The translations under genes were made by a program, and so were the position numbers. A DNA stretch of 64,000 nt, from positions 77,676 through 141,675 of IMG/VR virus record IMGVR_UViG_3300000976_000011, one strand, 5' to 3'. The first letter of the stretch is position 1; each line of letters opens with the position of its first letter. The notes under the pieces were generated by a model. It saw only the letters and a list, made by a program, of their open reading frames with translations, was not told the origin of the DNA and made no database searches. The stretch is from a virus. Of this stretch, positions 56,480-64,000 are shown in pieces.

Positions 56480-56497
56480 TAATAAATAAAAAATATT

Positions 56498-58060
56498 ATG
56501 GCAGATAAAAATAGATTCTCTCTTATTAATAGAGATGACGATTCAGGAAAATTGGAATCAGGTAATGCTGTCCCAATTGGCATTCAAAATAGAAATGATT
56601 CAGCTACTACCGTCGTAACTAATAACGAATTCGGTCAAGGCTCTATTGAGAATACTGTTTTATCATTTTTTGATACCTTTAATAATGAAGAAGAATTAAT
56701 TAGAAAATATGATGAAATGAGCATAGATCCATATGTAGCTGATGCTCTTGCCGATATTTTAGATGAAATAGTTGTATATGATCGCAATAAAAACACAGTA
56801 GAATTAAATTTAGATTCTTTGGATAAAAAAGAATTACCAGAAGCAACAAAGAAAAAAATTCAAGAAGAATTTGTTTATTTACTTAACATATTAAATTTCA
56901 ACAACGATGGATATGATCTTGTTAAAGATTGGTATGTTAGAGGTAAACAATATCACTATCCCGTCGTCGATAAAACTAAAAAAACTATTATTGATGTTTA
57001 TCAATTATCTCAGGACAATGTTAAAAAAATAAACCATATTACTTATAAAAATGAAAGTAAGAGTGGAAGAATGATCAAAGTTATAGATAAACAAGAAAAA
57101 TTCTTTATCTATAAAATGAATGAGAAGCATGATGATAAGTATATGCAATCACATTGGGTACAATCTGATGAAGCATTTAAATTCCCTGAAGAAAGTATTA
57201 TTCAAGTAGATAGCGGATTATATGATAAATCTAATAATTTAATTCTTTCTAATTTACATCCAGCAATTAAATCATTTAATCAGTTGAATCAATCTGAAGA
57301 TGCGATGGTTATATATAGAATGGTAAGAGCGCCAGAAAAGCGTGCTTTCTATATTGATGTTGGTAATTTAGGTAAAACTGCTTCAGAAAAATATATGAAT
57401 GGTTTTATATCAAAATTCAAGACAATACAAAATTATAATGCAGCCACTGGTAAGTTAAACGTCGGTTCAAAGGGAATTCAATCAATCTATCAAGATTATT
57501 GGCTTCCTAGAAAAGGTAATCAAACATCAGAAATAACGACTCTTGATGCAGCACAGAATCTTGGTGAATTAACTGATGTTGAATATCTTAAAGGTAAATT
57601 ATACACAGCTTTAAAAATACCACATACGCGTTTAGACCCTGAAGCACGGTACTCTTTAGGAAGAGCTGCTGAAATCGAACGCGATGAATTTAAATTTCAT
57701 AAATTTGTTGATCGTTTAAGAAATAGATATTCTAAATTGTTTGTTGATATTTTAAGATTACAATGTCATATTAAAGGCATTATTCTTATGGAAGATTTCG
57801 ACCTTATTAAAAATAAAATCTTTATTGATTGGTCTTCTGATAATTTTTATGAAGAAATTAAAGATCAAGAAATTTTATCAGCTAGATTAGAAACAATATC
57901 AAATATTGAATCATTGCAAGGAAACTATTTCTCAGAAGAATTTATACATAAAAGTGTACTTAGACGCTCTGATGAAGAATATGAAGAATTTATAAATAAT
58001 AATAAAGAATCTGAAGATGACGATGATTCTGATAAAAAGAAAGATGAGGATCTTGAATGA
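56498..58060 (+). CDS. 20: portal protein gp20
   Basis: WYVRG…SNLHPAIK..NQL…EDAMVIYRMVRAPEKRAFYIDVGNL…DYWLPR…EITTL. Confidence 0.97.
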   Translation: MADKNRFSLINRDDDSGKLESGNAVPIGIQNRNDSATTVVTNNEFGQGSIENTVLSFFDTFNNEEELIRKYDEMSIDPYVADALADILDEIVVYDRNKNTVELNLDSLDKKELPEATKKKIQEEFVYLLNILNFNNDGYDLVKDWYVRGKQYHYPVVDKTKKTIIDVYQLSQDNVKKINHITYKNESKSGRMIKVIDKQEKFFIYKMNEKHDDKYMQSHWVQSDEAFKFPEESIIQVDSGLYDKSNNLILSNLHPAIKSFNQLNQSEDAMVIYRMVRAPEKRAFYIDVGNLGKTASEKYMNGFISKFKTIQNYNAATGKLNVGSKGIQSIYQDYWLPRKGNQTSEITTLDAAQNLGELTDVEYLKGKLYTALKIPHTRLDPEARYSLGRAAEIERDEFKFHKFVDRLRNRYSKLFVDILRLQCHIKGIILMEDFDLIKNKIFIDWSSDNFYEEIKDQEILSARLETISNIESLQGNYFSEEFIHKSVLRRSDEEYEEFINNNKESEDDDDSDKKKDEDLE

Positions 58061-58407
58061 AATCTAAAGAAGAAATTTTTGACTTACTAGAGTCTAATAA
58101 CCAACTTAATGAAATGGTAGGTGATGCGTATGCTACTCATTTCGATCTAAATATAGGAAATATTGTCTTTGGTAACCCTTGGCCTAATCCTATGTGTATC
58201 AAAGAATTAGATATTACTTCTAAGATGATTAGAAAAAAATATCCTGATTATATGGATCAAGATAAAGTTTATAAGATGCTTCATGAATGTAAAGAACAAT
58301 TACAGACAGAAGAACAAAAATTAATAGATGATTTTGAAAAAGAATTAACTAATCTTTCTAAAAAATATAAGAAAATTATCGACGCAAAAATGAAGGAAAT
58401 GAAATAA
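58057..58407 (+). CDS. prohead core / internal protein
   Basis: Between gp20 and gp21; LLE and LNE cleavage-type motifs. Confidence 0.55.
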   Translation: MKSKEEIFDLLESNNQLNEMVGDAYATHFDLNIGNIVFGNPWPNPMCIKELDITSKMIRKKYPDYMDQDKVYKMLHECKEQLQTEEQKLIDDFEKELTNLSKKYKKIIDAKMKEMK

Positions 58408-58724
58408 TGAAAGATAAAAAGGATATTATAGATCTATTCGAAAAGAAGTATGAAGAAGAAACTACTAGTGGAGATATTGCAAAAGTTGATAAGCCTTTAG
58501 GAAAACCTAAAAAGCGTACTGATGAAACTGAAAAGGATGATGAAGATTTAAACGAAGCATCTAAAGAGTTTCGTAAAGCTGAAGGCTTCATTGGGCAGGC
58601 CGTAGATCTATTTGTTGATGAAATTGATTCTATTGTTAAAAATATTGAGGATAGTGCTGAAAGAAAATCTTTCTTTAAATCGTTATTTAAGACTTTAGAT
58701 AAAAAAACCAAAGGCTATAAGTAA
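58407..58724 (+). CDS. prohead core protein (gp67/gp68 position)
   Basis: Charged protein between gp20 and gp21; LFE and LNE motifs. Confidence 0.55.
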   Translation: MKDKKDIIDLFEKKYEEETTSGDIAKVDKPLGKPKKRTDETEKDDEDLNEASKEFRKAEGFIGQAVDLFVDEIDSIVKNIEDSAERKSFFKSLFKTLDKKTKGYK

Positions 58725-58725
58725 A

Positions 58726-59382
58726 ATGAAACTAATAACAGAACTTAATTATGATGTCGGTTCAGCTATGTACGAGGACAAGAATGGTGATAAGTTCTGG
58801 TATGTTGAAGGTATTTTTGCACAAGCTGAAGTAGTTAATAATAACAATAGACGCTATCCTAAAGAAATTCTTCTTAGAGAATGTAACAAGTTTAAAAACG
58901 AACAAATTAACACCAATAGAGCTGTGGGCGAATTAAATCACCCAGAATCACCTTCTATTAATTATGAGAACGTAACTCATAAGATTGAATCTCTAGAAGA
59001 AGACGGTAATGATTTTATCGGTAAAGCTAGAATTTCTCGTAAAGGTAAAGGAGAAATAATTGGTGGTCTTTTAGAAATGGGAGTCACTGTAGCTATGTCT
59101 TCAAGAGCTCTTGGTTCAGTTAAGAAAAAAGATTCTATTTACGAAATTCAAGATAATTTAATGCTACGTACGTTTGACATTGTGTCAGATCCAGGCGCTC
59201 CAGAAGCTTTCATGAATGGTATAATGGAAGGCGTTGAATATAACTTCTTAAATGATCAAATTGTTGCTGAGAAAGTAGATAACATTGTAAAAGAAGTTCA
59301 TGAAACAAAATCAGCAGATCTTGAAGCTAAATTTTTGGCTTCGTTTGCAGAAATCAACCAACTTGTTGGTCGTATCAAATAG
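58726..59382 (+). CDS. 21: prohead protease gp21
   Basis: MKLITE…EGIFAQAE..N.N.R.YP…GELNHP…SSRALGS…DIVSDP.AP.AF. Confidence 0.97.
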   Translation: MKLITELNYDVGSAMYEDKNGDKFWYVEGIFAQAEVVNNNNRRYPKEILLRECNKFKNEQINTNRAVGELNHPESPSINYENVTHKIESLEEDGNDFIGKARISRKGKGEIIGGLLEMGVTVAMSSRALGSVKKKDSIYEIQDNLMLRTFDIVSDPGAPEAFMNGIMEGVEYNFLNDQIVAEKVDNIVKEVHETKSADLEAKFLASFAEINQLVGRIK

Positions 59383-59446
59383 TATTTTAATTTAATTGAA
59401 AATTAATGTTTTATAAATAACTTTATATAAAGAAAAAGGTAATCAA

Positions 59447-60379
59447 ATGAACCCAACTGAATTATTAATTAAAAGTATTCAAGAAAGTTCTCAAACTCTT
59501 CTTAAGATCTCTGCTCTAAAGCTTGAGTCTAAATTAGACAAAGAGAATCTTCAAGAATTACTTGGCACTATGGTCAATGAAGACTCAGAAGCCGAACTAG
59601 ACTGGGACGCTATTGTTCTAGAAATGGAAAAAGATACTGATTTTGACCAAGTATTCTCAGATATCAAAGGTATTTTAGATTCTATCGAAGGTCTAGAAGA
59701 AAGTGCTGTTACTAAATCTGTTGGTTTAGTTGCTAAAGGTATCGAACTTGCAGCTATTAATATTAGCGAAACATATGACCAAAAAGTTGATGCTAAAGTA
59801 GAAACTTTAAAAGAAGGTCTAGAAGAAACTATTGAAACTCGATATTCTGAGGCCGCTACAGATTGGGCTAAGAAAAAAGAGCAAGAATTAAAAGAAAATA
59901 ATGAAGTAGATTCTGAAGAATTAAAAACATTAAGAGAAGCAGGAAAATTTGTATTAGCTCTTAATAACTTATTTACTGAATCTGGTTTATCATTTGATAC
60001 TTCAATTACTGAAAAATTAGAAAATATACAAGCTGAAGTAGAAACTCTTAAAGAAGAAAACTCACAGCTTAAGAAAGAACAAGGACAACGTGTCAAGGAT
60101 GACATCTTTACTGATGTAACTGAAGGTCTTACAGATTTTGAAAGAGATAAACTTAAATCTCTATCAGAAGGTTTAATCTTTATCACTAATGAAGATTATA
60201 AAGAAAAACTTACAGAAATGAAAGATGCTTTCAAATCAGGTAAGAAAAAAGATGAATCTGACGAAGAAGAAAAGGATAAGAAAGATAAAAAAGATCCTGA
60301 AGATGACAAGAAAGATGAATCAATGAAGAAACTAGGCGAAGAAGTATCTCGTATGTTCGGCGCAACAGTAGCTCAATAA
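59447..60379 (+). CDS. 22: prohead scaffolding protein gp22
   Basis: Acidic coiled coil; TEGLTDFERDKLKSLSEG. Confidence 0.88.
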   Translation: MNPTELLIKSIQESSQTLLKISALKLESKLDKENLQELLGTMVNEDSEAELDWDAIVLEMEKDTDFDQVFSDIKGILDSIEGLEESAVTKSVGLVAKGIELAAINISETYDQKVDAKVETLKEGLEETIETRYSEAATDWAKKKEQELKENNEVDSEELKTLREAGKFVLALNNLFTESGLSFDTSITEKLENIQAEVETLKEENSQLKKEQGQRVKDDIFTDVTEGLTDFERDKLKSLSEGLIFITNEDYKEKLTEMKDAFKSGKKKDESDEEEKDKKDKKDPEDDKKDESMKKLGEEVSRMFGATVAQ

Positions 60380-60404
60380 CAAAAATTAATAACAAGGAAA
60401 ACAA

Positions 60405-61622
60405 ATGAAAGAAATTAGTCAACTTTTAAAAGAGTGGAAGCCTATTCTTGAAGCTGAAGGTGTTGATGCTATCGAGAACTCTGAAAAAGCTCAAGCAGTC
60501 GCTCAAATCTTAGAGAATACTCACACGTCTGCCAAAGGATATAATCCAACAGTAGCTCTTAATGAGGATGAAGGTAACGTTACAGGTAATGTAGACGGTT
60601 ATGACCCAGTTCTTATTTCTATGACAAGACGCGCTATGCCGTCACTTATCGCATTCGATATGGCTGGTGTTCAACCTATGTCTGGGCCTACTGGTAAAGT
60701 ATTCGCTATGCGTGCTTTTTACGGTAATGATCCTGATACAGGAACTGAAGCATTTTATCAAACTGCTCCTGATACTTCTCACACAGGTAAATATACAACT
60801 GCTCAAGCTGAAAATCTTGGTACAGTTCAACAAGTAGATAGTACTGTTGCTGGTGTTAATCCGGTTGCAGCTGCTCAACCATGGCCTGAAATGACTATGA
60901 AAGTTGATTCAGTTACTGTTGAAGCTCAAAGTCGTGCACTTAAAGCTGTATACACTGATGAATTAATGGAAGATCTTAAAAATCTTCACGGCTTAAATGC
61001 TGATTCAGAAATTTCAAGAATTTTAGTTGGAGAAATCCGTGCTGAAATGAATCGCGAGTTAACTGAGACTATCAACGCACAAGCTGTTGTAGGTGCTCAA
61101 GGAACAACTACTCCTGGTACATTCGATCTAAATGCTGATACTACTGGTCGTTGGTCTGTAGAGAAGCATAAAGAACTTATGACTTTCTTATATCGCGAGT
61201 CTGCAGTTGTTGCTGCACAAACTCGTCGTGGTCAAGCTAACTTTATTATCTGTTCTGCAGATATTGCTGCTACTTTAATTGAATCTTCATTACTAGATTC
61301 AAGCTTTACTTCTCAAAACCTATCATTCGATGGTATTGGAGTAACATTTGCTGGAGTATTAGCTGGTCGTTACAAACTATATATTGATGCTTATGCTTCA
61401 GAAAACTACATCACTCTAGGCTATAAAGGCGCAGAGAAATATGATGCTGGTATTTTCTGGTGCCCTTACGTTGGTATTGAAAGACGTCAAACTGTTCAAG
61501 ACACTAACTTCCAACCTCAGATTGGTTACAAAACTCGTTATGGTATTACTCATAACCCATTAACTTCTGGAGCTGCACAGTCAAATGTTTACTTCCGTCG
61601 TTTCTTAGTAACAAGTCTATAA
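60405..61622 (+). CDS. 23: major capsid protein gp23
   Basis: LISMTRRAMPSLIAFDMAGVQPMSGPTG…VEAQSRALKA…DAGIFWCPY…FQPQIGYKTRYG. Confidence 0.97.
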   Translation: MKEISQLLKEWKPILEAEGVDAIENSEKAQAVAQILENTHTSAKGYNPTVALNEDEGNVTGNVDGYDPVLISMTRRAMPSLIAFDMAGVQPMSGPTGKVFAMRAFYGNDPDTGTEAFYQTAPDTSHTGKYTTAQAENLGTVQQVDSTVAGVNPVAAAQPWPEMTMKVDSVTVEAQSRALKAVYTDELMEDLKNLHGLNADSEISRILVGEIRAEMNRELTETINAQAVVGAQGTTTPGTFDLNADTTGRWSVEKHKELMTFLYRESAVVAAQTRRGQANFIICSADIAATLIESSLLDSSFTSQNLSFDGIGVTFAGVLAGRYKLYIDAYASENYITLGYKGAEKYDAGIFWCPYVGIERRQTVQDTNFQPQIGYKTRYGITHNPLTSGAAQSNVYFRRFLVTSL

Positions 61623-61641
61623 TAGAAGTTTTATAGAACAG

Positions 61642-61671
61642 AAAAAGGAGAGCTTATTGCTCTCCTTTTTT
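61642..61671 (+). terminator. intrinsic terminator after gp23
   Basis: AAAAAGGAGAGC-TTATT-GCTCTCCTTTTTT. Confidence 0.9.
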
Positions 61672-61875
61672 ATTGCCTGATAGATCTCTAATTAAAGTTT
61701 CTTTAGAATACTTAATTCCTCTAGTACATCCAAGTTCCCAAGCCAACCGAAACACTTGAGTAAAATGTAGTTGTAATTCTTCTTTGTGTGGACCATCTTC
61801 AACACTATCAATTAATTTAACTAATATTTCTTGAGCTTGTTTATCATCACTAAATTTTGCTGTAATTTTCTTCAT
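61654..61875 (-). CDS. hypothetical protein
   Basis: ORF track. Confidence 0.5.
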   Translation of the reverse strand: MKKITAKFSDDKQAQEILVKLIDSVEDGPHKEELQLHFTQVFRLAWELGCTRGIKYSKETLIRDLSGNKKGEQ

Positions 61876-61936
61876 AATTAATTTCTCAAAGGTGCATTTT
61901 TACTTTTAGTCCATAATTGTAATTGGTTGTATCTAT

Positions 61937-62167
61937 CTAACATTTTTGATATTCTTCTTGACATTCAATGTTCCACTCATCAGTAAGAGTTATAACTGCC
62001 TCTCTAGCTGAATTCAAAGTTCCTAATAGATATAATAGATATTCGTTATGAATATGCTTATTTGTATTAGTTTCATAATCTAAAGAAGAAACTCTAACTT
62101 GAGTTAAAATTTTGTTCCAATATAATATAGCTGCTGATTCTTCTTTCATTTTAAAAATTAATAACAT
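61937..62167 (-). CDS. hypothetical protein
   Basis: ORF track. Confidence 0.45.
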   Translation of the reverse strand: MLLIFKMKEESAAILYWNKILTQVRVSSLDYETNTNKHIHNEYLLYLLGTLNSAREAVITLTDEWNIECQEEYQKC

Positions 62168-62206
62168 TAAAAAAATATTATATCATAATCTTAAATAAAT
62201 AGATAT

Positions 62207-62686
62207 ATGGCAGCTAATAAATTAAACAACGCAAAAAGTAATAAGTTTTCTGTTTTCTTAAATAGAATACCTAATTTGACTCAATTAACAAAATCTGTAA
62301 AATTTCCAGATTTATCATTAGAAAATTCGAATTATCCAGCAAAGGGTATGATGATACGAACTAGTGGTTCAGCTTTACAATTTTCTAATTTGGATATAAC
62401 ATTTAGAGTAGATGAAGAACACACAATATATAAGGAATTATTATCTTGGATGTCATCTAAACAAATAAATGATGCTCCAGGTCAAGTAACTACAAATAAA
62501 TTAGAAGAATTCAAAGAAGATTTAATTGTACAAATATTAAGTAGTTCTAATAATCCCGTTTTAGATTATATATTTGTTGGTTGTGTTCCAACAAATCTTT
62601 CTATGAATGATTTAAATAGAGGAGAAGCAGAAGAACTTGATGCTACAATAACTTTAGAATTTGATTATTTCAAGGTAAAAGATTAA
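62207..62686 (+). CDS. 3: tail tube terminator / completion protein gp3
   Basis: N…F…IPN…V.FP…L.FSNLDITFRVDE…YKELLSWM…ILSSSNNP. Confidence 0.85.
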   Translation: MAANKLNNAKSNKFSVFLNRIPNLTQLTKSVKFPDLSLENSNYPAKGMMIRTSGSALQFSNLDITFRVDEEHTIYKELLSWMSSKQINDAPGQVTTNKLEEFKEDLIVQILSSSNNPVLDYIFVGCVPTNLSMNDLNRGEAEELDATITLEFDYFKVKD

Positions 62687-63552
62687 TGACACAAGTAAGA
62701 GATGGAGATTCCAATAATATAGCTCCAGGATTTGCGCTACCAAATGGTGTAGATATAACAGATTCTTTAAACGAGAATGAGAATACTGGATTTATGATGG
62801 CTAGCGTATTTAGTCATACAAATTCTGCTATTACCTCAACTGTTGTAAATAGAGGAGAAACAATATCAAATATTGGCGATACTGCTATGAGTAGAGAAAT
62901 TGCTGCTATAGTAAGGTTTCCTACACCAGTACCTTTAACCGTATCATATCCTAAAAATTGGGGAACTCAAGATTTAGGATTAATGAAGCAATTTTTAAAT
63001 GAAGCATATTCTTTATATGTTGACGATGATAAATTCAATTCATCTGACGCAGGAAAATTATACAAAAGTGCTATTCAAACAGGTGAAGATGCAATATTAA
63101 GAAAGGTTCAAAATTTATCTGGAGCTTCAGCCTCTGGAGGATTTCTAAATGTTAATCAAACGGAATTACTTTTCCAGGGTATAGATTTTAGAGAATTAAA
63201 CATTAGTCATAGTTTCGCTCCAACAACTGAAAAAGAACTAATGGAAAATTTAAAGATAGTAAATATTTTCAAAAAATATTCTGCACCTAAAATTGCTCCT
63301 GGTCTTAAAATGATCTATCCAAAACTATTTGAATTAGATTTTGGAATAGCTAGAGCTGGAAATATTGAGAATATTTTCAAAACTAAACTATGCGCTTGTA
63401 CAAATATTCAAGTTGATTACACTCCTGATCAATTATGGAATGTTTTTAAAAACGGTCATCCAGTAAAATTCAATATGGATCTTTCTTTTAAAGAGGTTGA
63501 GCTATTAACGGAAGATGATTTTGATCCTGATTCTCCATTTACATCACACTAA
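62686..63552 (+). CDS. 48: baseplate tail tube cap gp48
   Basis: N..TELLFQGIDFRE…FAP…E…IVNIFK…P…CTNIQVDYTPD…P…LSFKE. Confidence 0.88.
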   Translation: MTQVRDGDSNNIAPGFALPNGVDITDSLNENENTGFMMASVFSHTNSAITSTVVNRGETISNIGDTAMSREIAAIVRFPTPVPLTVSYPKNWGTQDLGLMKQFLNEAYSLYVDDDKFNSSDAGKLYKSAIQTGEDAILRKVQNLSGASASGGFLNVNQTELLFQGIDFRELNISHSFAPTTEKELMENLKIVNIFKKYSAPKIAPGLKMIYPKLFELDFGIARAGNIENIFKTKLCACTNIQVDYTPDQLWNVFKNGHPVKFNMDLSFKEVELLTEDDFDPDSPFTSH

Positions 63553-63586
63553 TTTTTATGTCAGTATGATATCAAATTCAATGTTT

Positions 63587-63619
63587 AAAGACTGTCAGAT
63601 TAATTTAACGGTCTTTTTT
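63587..63619 (+). terminator. probable intrinsic terminator
   Basis: AAAGACTGT…ACGGTCTTTTTT. Confidence 0.55.
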
Positions 63620-63704
63620 GATAGACTATACAAACTATACAATTAAATCTATATTTCGTAATTAAATGATCTACGATAAATAGTAATATTACAAGGAGTA
63701 GTTA

Positions 63705-64000
63705 ATGTCAAAAAATCTTATTTTAGAGCATGAGAACTTAAACATTATGACTTATAATATTAAGTCTAATTCTGTAGATTTTAGTAAGCTTGATGCTGAA
63801 GCTGCCATCGATAGAGCTATAAATTATTGGGAAGAGAAAACTGGCATCCCATTCATTTATATTGAAACAGGAAAAACCAATTTAGCATTTGAATTTTTGT
63901 CAGATAAAAAAAGACTTATTTGTACTTTTTCTTTGGAGAAATCTTCTAACACTAAATTGGCTATAGAGGATTATGATAAAATACATGAAAACATTCTATT
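63705..64000 (+). CDS. 5' part of a gene with matrixin (M10 metallopeptidase)-like N-terminus, truncated by window edge
   Basis: AAGGAG RBS; AIDRAINYWEEKTGIPF…LAFEF; HExxH not within window. Confidence 0.45.
   Translation, partial: MSKNLILEHENLNIMTYNIKSNSVDFSKLDAEAAIDRAINYWEEKTGIPFIYIETGKTNLAFEFLSDKKRLICTFSLEKSSNTKLAIEDYDKIHENIL

Noticed and set aside
1-64000. CRISPR array, tRNA or rRNA genes, tandem guide arrays
   Set aside because: No regularly spaced repeats or full cloverleafs were seen by eye; intergenic gaps are short.
1-64000. Stop-codon reassignment, introns or inteins
   Set aside because: Core genes are intact and of expected length in the standard code, and all three stops are used; the endonucleases are intergenic.

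Overview
A 64-kb AT-rich segment of a large T4-like (Straboviridae/Kyanoviridae-style) myophage. Positions ~1-17.4 kb hold early/accessory and DNA-metabolism genes (macro domain, gp2, metallophosphoesterase, RNase H, UvsY, DNA ligase, DexA, amidase, many small ORFs). Positions ~17.5-63.6 kb hold the virion module (gp4, 54, 26, 51, tape measure, 25, 6, 7, 8, VrlC-like, fibres, holin/spanins, 13-16, 53, 27, 5, 17-23, 3, 48), interrupted by opposite-strand early-promoter islands. Five free-standing homing endonucleases (1 GIY-YIG, 4 HNH) and one deleted relic all lie on the minus strand. Most notable observations: (1) a structured small RNA occurs upstream of two HNH genes, flanked by convergent late promoters, with a loop that co-varies with the RBS of its own endonuclease (candidate C4-like antisense silencing module); (2) two Tat-signal paralogues carry fragments of the phage's own major capsid protein, one of them the Gol region (candidate decoys); (3) a -1 frameshift joins gp26-like and gp51-like ORFs just before the tape measure gene; (4) a slippery A12 site interrupts the phosphoesterase gene, rnh appears to start at ATT, many late genes look leaderless, and a pseudoknot-forming RNA covers the dexA RBS; (5) a cluster of structural proteins shares N-terminal and C-terminal (VYLNP) motifs. 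All family assignments come from motif recognition by eye; no database searches were run.
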